From Mobula hypostoma (taxonomy: Eukaryota), in the NCBI RefSeq assembly GCF_963921235.1, contig NC_086097.1:53446001-53510000 (forward strand): 64,000 nt of DNA, written 5' to 3'. The position numbers and the translations under genes are program-made. Every line of letters begins with the position of its first letter. The first letter of the stretch is position 1. Shown here piece by piece: positions 25,790 to 37,016 of this stretch. A model generated the notes under the pieces. That model ran no database searches and was not told the DNA's origin. It saw nothing but the letters and a program-made list of their open reading frames with translations.

Positions 25790-26870
25790 GGAATAGTAGG
25801 CCAATTAGCTAAGTGTCAGTAATGGAAAAATACTAGAGTACATTGTTAAAGATGTAGTAGCAGATGTAATTGAGATGTAATGCATCTCTTCCAAAGGAGA
25901 CATAAGATGCTCTTCCTCTGGGTCAACCTTGCTCAAGGTGTAACCTGCTTAGTCTCCTGTCCAGGGTCACTTGCAGCCATGGAAGTAGGTGGTGGATGGT
26001 CATATGAGCAGCTGGTGTATATCACAAGTCCTGGTTATGTGACCTCTGAAGCCAGACAATCTCTGAAGAGTATTGATAGTGACTGGAGTTACCCATCTTG
26101 TAAAGACACTGCCCAGATGAAGGCAATGGCAAACCACTTCAATAGAAAAATTTGCCAAGAATAATCTTGGTCAAGATCATCACCCACGTCATATGACACG
26201 AAACATAATGATGATGAAGATGAGTATTTGGTAAAGTGTAGGATCCATCAAAATAAGCATGGAATTATGAAGGAGAAGTACTATTTGACAAGTTTATAGG
26301 AATGATTTGAAGCTGTAGCTCATAGAGTGGTTGGGGAAACCAGTAGATATGGTGTATTTGGACTTTCAGAAGGTTTCTGTTAAGATTCACATGAGAGATT
26401 AGTGTGCAGTACATAGGACCGGAGGTAATACACAGACATAGATAGAGAATTGGGAGGCAGACAGGAAATAAAGAACATGAGTAAACAGCATACGGTGATT
26501 ATTGGGCTACTGCAGGGATCAGTGCTTGCACCACAACTTTTCACAATATTTAACAAATTTAGATGAGAGATTGGGATGATTGGTATTATATTCTCTTTAG
26601 TTTAGAAGAAGAAGAAAATATGTCCTGGAAAATTATAAAATTCTGATGAGACTTGACAGACTAGATGCAAGAAAGATTCTCCTGATCATGGGGAACAAAG
26701 GTCCACAACAAAGATTCACAGCCTAAGACAATGAGATGAGGACAAATAACTTCACCCAAAGAGTAGTGCACCTTCAGAATTCACTCCTAAAGAAGGCAGA
26801 AGGGCCTAAACTGCTAAATACATTAAATAAGTAGTTAGATATAGAACCAGTAAGATCCAGGGAAAGGGGA
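25790..26870 (+). mobile_element. Old CR1 remnant
   Basis: gatatggtgtatttggactttcagaagg, cagggatcagtgctt, aacttcacccaaagagtagtg. Confidence 0.7.
25868..26222 (+). mobile_element. Short non-autonomous retroelement with RTE-BovB-like 3' end
   Basis: Contains gaaggcaatggcaaaccact (BovB-type 3' motif), ends in a (gat)n tail, interrupts the CR1 remnant. Confidence 0.6.
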
Positions 26871-28036
26871 GAAAGGCACAGGGACTAAGTTTGAACTCCT
26901 TCAGAGGCTCCTTAGTATCTGAAGAACTTATCAGAAATCATCCCAGTAGCATTTTCCAGAAGGAAATGCTATTTAAAAAGGAATGCTAAAATGCAGATTC
27001 TGAAATCACTTTCTTCAGAATAAGATTTTTAAGAGATAGCTGATTAATAGTGATTTATTTTGGGTTGTTCGGAGTTGTATATGTTGTTGAGGTACACCTG
27101 ATGTACCGTTGTGTGAATATGCAGAAAATTTAATTTTACAATTCCTGTTGCCTATCTCAAGCTCAGAAACAAATGTATTTTACATGCCTAAATTTATTTT
27201 CTTATGATTGAAATCACAATCACAGTAGCCTGTGAAGTACCAGTCAATGTGACAAATCAGGTGCAAAAATTCACAACATTCTGGATTGTACTTCTTGCAA
27301 ACTCACATCATACAACAGTAACTTCTCAACTATCGCAATTTATGCTCTTGTGTGCAACAATAAAAATGATGGAATATTGGAGCAATTGTAATACAATTAT
27401 AACCAAATTGCTTCACAATAGTCAGTCTGACATATCTTCATTTGTGCTCAAAACTGTTAAGTACATAGAATAATATAGCACAAAATGAGACCATGCCTAT
27501 CAGATCTCTGAAGGAGCTACCAAGCTGTTCTGCTTTTTCCCTTTAACTTTTTTTTTTCATTTATAGGACCATAAGACCATAAGATATGGAGCAGAATTAG
27601 GCCATTTGGCCCATCAAATCTGCTCCGCCATTTCATCATGGCTGATCCAATTTTCCTCTCAGCCCCAATCTCCTGCCTTCTCCTCATATCCCTTCATGCC
27701 CTGACCAATCAAGAATCTATTAACCTCTGTTTTAAATATACATGAAGACTTGGCCTCTACTGCTGTCCATGGCAAAGAATTCCACAGATTCACCACTCTC
27801 TGGCTAAAGAAATTCCTCCTCAACTCCATTCTAAAAGGACGCTCCTCTATTCTGAGGCTGCGTCCTCTGGTCTTAGACTCTCCCACCATAGGAAGCATCC
27901 TCTCCATATCCACTCTATCAAGGGCTTTCAGTATTGAATAGATTTCAGTGAGGTCACCCCTCATTCTTCTGAATTCGAGCGAATACAGGCCCAGAGCTAT
28001 TAAACACTCTTCATATTACAAGCCATTCAATCCTGG

Positions 28037-28143
28037 CAGCACACAAAAAATGCTGGAGGAACTCAGTAGGCCAGACAGCATCTAGGAAAAGAGTACAGTT
28101 GAAATTTCGGGCCAAAACCCTTTGAGTCCTGCCAAAGGGTTTC
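28037..28143. mobile_element. Penelope-like pseudo-LTR remnant
   Basis: aaatgctggaggaactcagtaggccagacagcatctaggaaaagagtacag...tttcgggccaaaaccc. Confidence 0.7.
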
Positions 28144-29570
28144 ATTTCATTTCTTCTACTAAAGTGCGTGACCATACAATTTCCAACACTGTATTCCATC
28201 TGCCATTTCATTGCCCATCATCCTAATCTGTCTAAGGCCTTCTGTAGCCTCTCTACTTTCTCAAAACTATCTGCCCCTCTACCTATCTCCACATTGTCTG
28301 CAAACTTTGGAACAAAGCCATCAGTTACGTCATCCAAATCATTGACATATAATGTAAAAAGAATCAGTCCCAACACAGACCTCTGAGGAGCACCACAGTC
28401 ACCGGCAGCTAGCCAGAAAGGGCTCCCTTTATTCTCACTCTTTGCCTCCTACCAATCAACCACTGCTTCTTTCCTGTAATACCATGGGCTGGTAGTTTTT
28501 TAAGCAGCCTCATGTGTGGCACCTTGTCAATGGCTTCTGAAAATCCAACTACACAACATTAACTGATTCACCTTTGTCTATCCTGCCTGTTATTTCTTCA
28601 AAGAATTCCAACGAATTTGTCAGGCAAGACTTTCTCAGGCAAGGGTACCATGCCTTCTGCAGCTATTTTATCACGTGCCTCCAACTACCCCGAGACCTCA
28701 TTCTTAATAATTGACTCCAACATCTTCCCAACCACTGAGGTCAGAATAACTTGGGCTTTTTTCTGCCTCTCTTCCTTCTTGAAGAGTAGAATGACATTCA
28801 CAATTTTTCAGTCTTCTGGAACCATTCCGGAATCTACTGATTCTTGAATGATCATTACTAATACCTCCATGATCTCTTCAGCTACCTCTTTCAGAACTCT
28901 GTGGTGTACACCATCTGGTCCAGGTGACTTATCTATCTTTGGACCTTTCAGTTTCTCAAGAACCTTCTCTCTAGTTATGGTAACTTCACAAACTTCATAC
29001 CACCTGACACCTGGAACATCCCATCATACTGCGAGTGTCTTCCACAGTGTAGAATGATACAAAATACTTATTCAGTTTGTCTGCCATTTTGTTGTCCCCC
29101 ATTATTATCTTTCAGCATTGTTTTCTAGAAGTCCAATATCTACTCTTGCCTCTCTTTTACATTTTGTGTATCTGAAGAAACTTTTGCTCTCTTCTTTAAT
29201 ATTGTTGGCTGGCTTATTTTCATATTATATCTTTACCTTTTCAATGCCTTTTTTAGTTGCCTTCTGTTGGTTTTTAAAAGCTTCCCAATCCTTGAAATTC
29301 CCACTAGGATTTGCTCTATTATATGCCCTCTCTTTTGATTTTATGTTGGCTTTGACTTCTCTTATTAGCCTCAGTTGTTTCATTTTGCCTTTAGAATACT
29401 TCTTCCTCTTTGGGATGTATATATCTTGTGACTTCTGAATTGCTTCCAGAAATTCCAGCCATTGCTTCTCTGCCATCATCCCTGCCAGTGTTCTTTTCCA
29501 ATCAATTCTGGCCATCTCCTCTCTCATGCTTCCATAATTCCCTTTACTCCACTGTAATACTAATACATCT

Positions 29571-30064
29571 GTGGTGGCCAGTGCTATCATGTTTGCTGTT
29601 GTGTGCTGGGGCAGCAGGCTGAGGGTAGCAGACACCAACAGAATCAACAAACTCATTCGTAAGGCCAGTGATGTTGTGGGGATGGAACTGGACTCTCTGA
29701 CGGTGGTGTCTGAAAAGAGGATGCTGTCCAAGTTGCTACCATCTTGGACAATGTCTCCCATCCACTACATAATGTATTGGGTGGGCACAGGAGTACATTC
29801 AGCCAGAGACTCATTCCACCGAGATGCAACACAGAGCGTCATAGGAAGTCATTCCTGCCTGTGGCCATCAAACTTTACGACTCCTCCCTTGGAGGGTCAG
29901 ACACCCTGAGCCAATAGGCTGGTCCTGGACTTATTTCCTGGCATAATTTACATATTACTATTTAACTATTTATGGTTTTATTACTATTTATTATTTATGG
30001 TGCAACTGTAACGAAAACCAGTTTCCCCCGGGATCAATAAAGTATGACTATGACTATGACTATG
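29571..30064 (+). mobile_element. Young Rex1 LINE 3' fragment nested in CR1
   Basis: VASAIMFAVVCWGS...NKLIRKAS...SEKRMLSKL; gggatcaataaag followed by a (tatgac)n tail; ATCT duplicated at both ends. Confidence 0.9.
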
Positions 30065-31072
30065 ATCTGACTTTAGCTTCTCCTTCTCAAATTTCAGGGT
30101 GAGTTCAATCATATTATGATCACTTTCCCCTAAGGGTTCTTTTATCTTAAGGACTCTAATCAATTCCGGTTCATTGCACATCACCTAATCCAGAATAGCT
30201 GATTCGCTAGTAGGCTCGGCCATGAGCTGCTCTGAAAGTCATCATGTAAGCCCTCTAGAAATTCCCCCTCCTGTAATTCAACACCAACCTGATTTTACCA
30301 ATTTATCTGCATATTGAAGTCCCCCATGACGATTGTAACATTGCCCTTTTGGCATGCATTTCTATCTCCTGTTGTAATTTTTAGGACACGTCCTTAGTAC
30401 TGTTTGGGGGTCTGTATACAACTCCCATCAGTGTCTTTTTACCTTTACAGTTCCTTAGCTCTATTCACAATGATTCAACATCTTCGGACTCTATGTCACC
30501 TCTTTCGAATGATTTGATTTCAACTTTTACCAACAGAGCAATGCCACACCCTATGCCTTCCTGCCTATTCTTTTGACACAATGTGTATCCTTGGACATTA
30601 AACTCTTAGTTATAATCTTTCAGCCATGGTTCAGTTATGCCTACAACATCATACCTGCCAATCTGCAACTGTGCTACAATTTCATCAACCTTATTCTGCG
30701 TACTGCACGTATTCAGATACAACACCTTCAGCCCTGTATTCACTCTTTTCGATGTTGTCTGCCTTTCACATTGCAACTCATCCTGTTGACTGCAATTTTG
30801 CCCTATCTACAGCCTCCCTTCACTACAAATTGCTTCTGTATGTAAACCTGCTACCCCATCTTCAGTACTATTATCCTCTTTTCCTATGTTACTTCTTGCA
30901 TTTAAATATAGACAGCCCAGGACACAAGTTGCACCATGCTCAACCTTTTGATTCCTAACTAATCACCACAGCATACCTCTTCTACCCCCTTCCTTTCTGA
31001 ATCACAGAGTCAGATTCAGTATCACAGACCTGACCACTGTGACTTTCCTCTGTTAGATCATCCTCTTGAAAC

Positions 31073-31205
31073 TCATGATGAAGGGTCTCGGCCCGAAACG
31101 TCGACTGTATTCTTTTCCATAGACGCTGCCTGGCCTGCTGAGTTCCTCCTGCATTTTGTGTGTGTTGCTTGGATTTCCAGCATCTGCAGATTTTATCTTG
31201 TTTGT
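31073..31205 (+). mobile_element. Penelope-like pseudo-LTR with hammerhead motif (first core C absent)
   Basis: atgatgaagggtctcggcccgaaacgtcgactg...cagcatctgcaga. Confidence 0.8.
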
Positions 31206-32078
31206 CATTAATTGTTTAACCTTGTTAACTTTATTTTGATAGGCTTGGGGTTTCTGGGTCACCTGTTCTAATTAAGTGGTCATTCCTTAGGGTTTATCGC
31301 TGTGTCTTAGTTTGGAGGGTATTTGTCTCGTTGGTGTCGCTTGGTCGAGCAACCGATGCTCTGTTGGAATTCTTATGTATTAACTCTGCTGTCTCTACAT
31401 GGGGAGTCTGTCTTTCCACCACACTTGGCAGTGCACATTGTGACAATGAACATTGCCAGGCGGGTTTTGCTAGTATTTCAAATGAATAAATGTATTTATA
31501 TTTTTATGGCCCTTAGGTAGACTGAAATGCCCAGATTATTACCCCTATTCAGTGATAATGAATAGTAACAGCTAATGATGAAGGAAAATCTCAGAGTCTA
31601 TATTATTATATAGCACATATAGTTGACTTGGGTGAACTCCTCGGCAAAGGTACTTTACAAACAGCTGGGAAGAGGAGATAAATAAGAAAAGGGTGAGGTC
31701 AAAAACATAGTGCAAGAGAGTACTTTGGAAGGTTTTGAAGTTAGAAAGTATGAGATTCAGGGATAAAGCTTCAGATTAGAGTATGGTGACTGAAAGAGTG
31801 ATTACAGAAGGTAAAACAGTGACATGGGGAAAGGCAAGTTGAAAAGGTCTAATTGGTTTCTGAAGTAACTAGAAACTAATATTTCTGGTCCCTTGCACAA
31901 CATATTTCTCCTCTTTCTTTTCAAGAAACACTGATACTGGGCAAGAAACGTTTCACAGGCACAGTGGTTTTCAGATATCTCATCAAACTTCCCAGTGTTA
32001 GTTGCCCTACAAATGGTGAATTTTGGAATGCTGCCTAACAGTCACGCTCAATCCTTCCCCAATCTTGATGCATAAGGG

Positions 32079-32578
32079 TGTATTGTAAAGGGTTCACCTT
32101 TGTGCTTGGTGAATGTCTTCATCGCTATGGCCTTGAGTGTACATGAAAATGTGTTACACCATGAGAATTCAATACTACTGTGGGAATACAACCACTAGAA
32201 CATGAAAATCAGGTGAACACAGGGGCAAGATTAGTGAGTTGTGGTGACAAGTGACGATTGGTTATGGATTGGTGGTTTGAGTTGGTACTAATGTACTGGC
32301 CCGCTTCTGAAGCATTTCATATTAGTGGAATGGGTATAAAAGTAGAGTGGTTGAGGGTAGGTTGTCAAGGCCTCACTTATGGGCTGGTTGTGAATGGCAC
32401 TGTGGATCAAGTGGGAGGTATGCTACAGTGACAAGAGCATATGCACACCTGGATAAATGTTTTGATGTTTGCTGTTCTGTCCTAATAAGCAACGTTTTGT
32501 AGCTCTGAGTAGATAATTGGAGTTTGTATCTTTCCACCTTACCGAGCCATTCTGTGAACCTTTTGGTGTAACGTAATA
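32079..32578 (+). repeat. ERV 5' LTR (500 bp)
   Basis: Starts TGTATTGTAAAGGG, TATA-like gtataaaag at ~32334, ends ggtgtaacgtaata; colinear with the 3' LTR. Confidence 0.9.
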
Positions 32579-32581
32579 TTT

Positions 32582-32602
32582 TGGCTTTGTCGGCTAAGGA
32601 TC
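32582..32602 (+). promoter_or_regulatory. Primer binding site, tRNA-Ser-like
   Basis: TGGCTTTGTCGGCTAAGGATC 3 nt after the LTR; resembles the complement of the vertebrate tRNA-Ser(AGA/TGA) 3' end, TGGCGTAGTCGGCAGGATTC. Confidence 0.7.
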
Positions 32603-32639
32603 TGGCAGGTGTGAGAGAAAGCAAATATGCTTGCAAAAA

Positions 32640-34150
32640 ATGTTTAGGAGTAAGAGTAAGAAGGAAGACCCCCTTGGTGAAGAATACCGAGTACCAGGGT
32701 GGACTGATAACTGGGAGCCATTAGCAGAGAGCTTAAGGATATGAGCTCTGGGAGAAGGTGGAGTGATCTTATCCGACTGGGAAATGGGAGCTGTGTGAGG
32801 ATTGCCATCAAACCATGGGTTTGGCAACCTGGCCAGTTTGCTCGCAGAACATGATGTGCTAGTGGACTGGACAGACAAGCTGGACATACAAGGGTAAAGA
32901 TGGGACACCATCTCATATCCATACTAAAGGGGTTAAGGTGCCTGGACAAGAAGGGCAGCCAGAGAGAGCTGCTGGCATCCATCATAAACCAATCTCTTGG
33001 AAAGAGGAGGAGATAGAGATTCTTGAACACAAGGTGGGGAGATTGAATCAGTGCAGCATGACCACAGATCTGCATTAAAGAGATGGAGAAAAAGAGTATC
33101 GATATCACCTGTTACCTGACCAAGATCCAGAAGCAGGAAATGGGTCGAAGGGCCAATTAGCAATTGGACCCAGTGAAGATCTGAGCTCTTATTTTATGGG
33201 GCGATGACCTAGATACTCAAGGATACAGATATTTGGTTTGATGGTGAGGATTGGGATTATAGGGTGAAAAGTCACTTTCCTTCCTCTGCCCCCCAAGTCC
33301 TTAAGAACACAACTAACTAGGGTTATTATGTCCACAGAAACCGGGCCTGACCAACCTCCCTCTCCAAGCCCCTGTCATCCTGTGGGGCAGCCTGATACAC
33401 CGGGCCAATGTGTCATCCAGCTAGAGAAAGTGCAAGAGTGGAGATCCGAAATTTTGGCCACCGCAGTGGTTGACTAAGAACTACTCCTCCAAGGAATTGA
33501 TGGAGTTGGAGGATCGGACCAGACAGTAATTGCAGGAACCATTAGCAGAGTACTTGTTAAGGATACGAGCCGTGAGAGGAGGTGGAGAAATGGGTGCCCT
33601 GGGAGGATTGCCATCAAACCATGGGGCAAGCAATATCCTATGGGGGAATGGTCAGAGAGTATAAGTCTTTGTGGTAGAGAGCAGCAGCTGCAGTAAAGGG
33701 TAAGCATCCCTCCCTGTTAGACTGGGATTTAGACTGTCAAGAACTGTGGAACACAGTGGAGGAGGGGACTGAGGCTCTTCGTCAGTGGGCCCTGATCACT
33801 GGGGCTTATGGGGGTGGGGATGACCCGCTGGAGGATCAGAAGTTCTCCCTGACCGTGGTAGGGTACCTGGTAAAAATGGCAGCCCTCCATTTGAAGGGAA
33901 AGATGCTGCCTCTTTCAGGGCCGGTGGAAGGGAGGACAGTAGGTTTGGCTACCGAACTCTTGGAGAGGTTGGTACATGTAAGCAGGGCTTGTAGCCGGGT
34001 GAGGAAGACAAAGAAAGATAAAGAAGTAGAAAGGGGGGGGGGTGCTCCCACCTGACCGGTATGGAGATGCTTTTAGCTCTGCTCAAGACAGGCATCCTGA
34101 AGGAACAGAAGGACGTGATACCTGCTACTGCTTTGTGTGCTTTATTGTTA
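32640..34150 (+). pseudogene. gag: ERV gag remnant (ERV-L/Fv1-like capsid)
   Basis: YSSKELMELEDRTRQ*LQEPLAEYLLRI and WNTVEEGTEALRQW...EDQKFS...LVKMAALHLK...TVGLATELLERL parallel the ERV-L Gag motifs YTxKEL...WILRVWD and WFNVEEGIQRLRE...EDIPFT...LTVGTAVTQL. Confidence 0.75.
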
Positions 34151-34329
34151 AAATAGGAAGGGAGAGGAGCTGCAGGAGAGAAGGAGACCTCTGCTGATCT
34201 CCAGCTCCTGATACACCTCCCTTGAGGCATTGCAGATAGCTCCCCAACACCTGGCACTCTGCTCCTATGGGAGTATGGCCAGGGCTCCTAGTGTATATAT
34301 TCAGTGACTCTTTCTCAGCCGGGAGGCCT

Positions 34330-35135
34330 GAGGCCTTACCTATCTATTGTGGTCCACTGGAAGGGGAAATGCACAATGACGGTTGGCACATTGATAATGA
34401 GGCTGAACACACGATTATCCCAGAGCCCCAGGTGATGATAGAAGGGCTGGGAGGGTTACTCATTTCAGCCTGGATAGTTACAGTAAGCGCAGCCATCAGA
34501 ACAACCAGGACCTATGTCTGTGCTGGTTGTGGCATTCCCGATTGTATTTTGCCTATGAATGTGCTGAAAGATAGGTCCCTGCAAAACAATTTTTTGTTCT
34601 GCAAAGTTTACTTTTGGGGTGGCTGGAGTGACGGTGCTGGTGGGACTGGCCAAGTGGGAGCCTCTCATAACCTGCCTCTTGACCAAGGTGCTGAACATCA
34701 GGCAGTACCCCATCCCAGGTGGCATCAGTACCCCATCCCAGGTGGCATCAAGGAGATCGGAGAAACACGTTGAAGGAGGGGGGGAAGTTTATTCGGCTGG
34801 CAATGTTCCCCTATATTAGTCCCATGTGGCCAGTGCGGAAGGGGGATGGAACCTGGTGAGTGACGATAGACTTTAGGCAATTGAATAAGCACGCCCGCCC
34901 CTCACAGCAGCCGTCCTAGGTGTAGTGACCATTGCACAGGACATAGGAGGTAGGGACGGGAAACATTGGTACTTTGTAGTAGATTTGGCCAATGTTTTCT
35001 TTTCCATTCTCTTGAGTCCCTGGTTGCAAGACCAGTTTGCCTTTACATGGGAAGGGAGACAGTATACCTTTTGTCATCTTCCCCAGGGATATGTGCACAA
35101 CCCAAACTTGTGCCATGACCTTATAGCTTGAGAGT
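34330..35135 (+). pseudogene. pol: ERV protease and N-terminal RT remnant
   Basis: Protease IDNEAEHTIIP (degenerate DTGA), IEGLGG, PDCILPMNVL; RT QYPIPGG, SPMWPVRKGDGTW, IDFRQLN, VDLANVFFSI, QFAFTWEGRQYTFCHLPQGYVHNPNLCH (class III signature); the YxDD region, RNase H and integrase are missing. Confidence 0.9.
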
Positions 35136-35224
35136 TGCAGGGCACGGAATAAATCCACCATGAGCTTGTTTTAGGAATGGTATGTACTGGCATCTGAACA
35201 GACGAAGACCAAGGTGCCAACGGT

Positions 35225-35843
35225 GTTGACAGTGTTGTTAAGAAGGCGTATGGTGTGTTAGCCTTCATCAACTGTGGGACTGAGTTCAAGTAATTTTACA
35301 GCTATACAAGACCTTAGTTAGATCCCATTTGGAGCACTGGAGTTCTGGTCACCTCTCTAGAGGAAGGATGTGGATAGCTTACAGTGCAGAGGAGATTTAC
35401 AAGGATATTGCCTGGATTGTAGAGCATGTCTTATGAGAATAGGTTGAGTGAACTTGGCCTTTTCTCCATGGAGTGATGGAGGATGAGAGGTGACCCGATG
35501 GAGGTGTATAAGATGATGAGATGCATTGATCGAGTGGATAGCCAGAGGCTTTTTCCCAGGGCTGAATGGTTAACACAAGGGGTCAAAGTTTTAAGGTGCA
35601 TAGAAGTAAGTACAAGAGGGATGTCAGAGGTAAGTTTTTCACTCAGAGAGTGGTGGGTGTGTGGAATGCACTGCCAGTGACGGTGGTAGAGGCAGGTACA
35701 ATAGAGTCTTTTAAGAGATTCTTAGATAGGTACATGGAGCTTAGAAAAATAGAGGGCTCTGCAGCAAGGAAATTCTAGGTAGCTTCTAGAGTAGGTTACA
35801 TGGTCGGCACAATGTAATGTGCTATAGATTTCTATGTTCTATG
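35225..35843 (+). mobile_element. CR1 3' fragment inside the provirus
   Basis: aagaaggcgtatggtg...; KFFTQRVVGVWNALP; tail ttctatgttctatg; same family as 15155-16720. Confidence 0.9.
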
Positions 35844-35844
35844 T

Positions 35845-36545
35845 ACCAACGTTGAATGTACTACTGCAATCCAGGAATAATTGCGATTGTCATTATGAAG
35901 GGCTGGTTCTGATGGGAAGTAGCTCTTGTACCTTTATGCACCTTAATGGTACAAAGCAGTGTGGCACTACTACTGTGAGAAGATACTGCTTTGAGACACA
36001 TTTGTTTCCCACATTGAATGGCACGCTCTGGGTGTGTGGCTCTGGTCCTTACCTTTGGCTCCCCACGGGTTGGTCTTGCTGTTGCTACCTGGTTTGCTGT
36101 GCTCTATGGGTATCACATTGATGATCTGGTCGACCACCCAACCCACAAATCGAAACATCAGAAAAAGGGTATCACAATGGCCAACTGATTATGGATGTTG
36201 TCTTTTCCCCCATATGGTATTGCCCTGTTATATAGGGAGATCATCTTAATGGCCTCAGAGAGAATACAATGGCATTGGATTATATCCTGGGTACCTGTGC
36301 CATAATAGGGCCAGGAGCATTGTATGTACATCCCTGATGAATCAGCGAATATAACAAATTTGGCTGACCATATCCAACAGTCAGTAGATAAGATGTGTAA
36401 TGTAGAATATTACACCCTGAGAGGGAGTTGGTGGCCTTTTTGGAACACCTGGAGACTAGTGGGCTACCGTTGTGCACTGGGGTGCTCCTGTAGACATTTT
36501 GCTTTTATGTTTAGCAATTTTGCATTTTGGTTGTAATGAAGTGGG
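35845..36545 (+). pseudogene. env: ERV env remnant, gamma-type
   Basis: SU motif NGTLWVCGSGPYLWLPTGWSCCCYL; furin-like RNIRKR; fusion-peptide-like YGIALLY; ISD remnant ENTMALDYIL; degenerate CX6CC (CAIIGP/EHC) then YIPDESANIT. Confidence 0.8.
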
Positions 36546-36603
36546 GCATCCATGGGGGATGCATTAAAGCCTCTGGGGCAGATGTAGTGGGGTTGCAACA
36601 TTC

Positions 36604-36614
36604 GAAGGGTGGAA
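36604..36614 (+). promoter_or_regulatory. Polypurine tract
   Basis: gaagggtggaa immediately before the 3' LTR. Confidence 0.7.
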
Positions 36615-37016
36615 TCTATTGTAAAGGGCTAATCTTTGTGCTTGTCGAATACCTTCACCACTGTGGCCTTGAGTGTGTGTGACTGGGGCCGTGAGAATTC
36701 AACACACCTGGTTCAGTGGTTTGAGCCGGTGCTATTGTATGGGAGCACACTGCAGCATTTCATATCGGTGGAATGGGTACAAAGGTAGAGTGGTTGGAAG
36801 CAGATTTTCGAGGCCGCACTGATGGGCTAGTGGCGGACTGCACCACGGATTGAGTGGGAGGTGTGCTTCAGTGAGAGGGCCCACTCACACTTAGATAAAT
36901 GTTTTAATATTTGCTATTCTGCCCTAACAAAGTTTTGTAGTTATAAGTAGGTAAAAGGAGTTTGTGTCTTTCTGCATTACCAAGGTGGTCCGTGAACCTT
37001 GTGGTGTAATGTAACA
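36615..37016 (+). repeat. ERV 3' LTR (402 bp)
   Basis: Starts TCTATTGTAAAGGG, ends ggtgtaatgtaaCA; about 100 bp shorter than the 5' LTR. Confidence 0.9.

Larger units (their letters stand above)
27567..30960 (-). mobile_element. CR1 LINE (atcttatggtct-tail family), degenerate, with PLE and Rex1 insertions
   Basis: Tail gaccataagaccataagat; minus ORFs RGDLTEIY...FFSQRVVNLWNSLP, WKRTLAG...IPKRKK, EPLGESDHNMIE. Confidence 0.9.
32079..37016 (+). mobile_element. Endogenous retrovirus, class III (ERV-L/ERV-S-like), defective provirus: LTR-PBS-gag-pro-partial RT-[CR1]-env-PPT-LTR
   Basis: Two homologous LTRs, PBS, PPT, ERV-L-type Gag and RT motifs, gamma-type env motifs (see sub-features). Confidence 0.92.
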
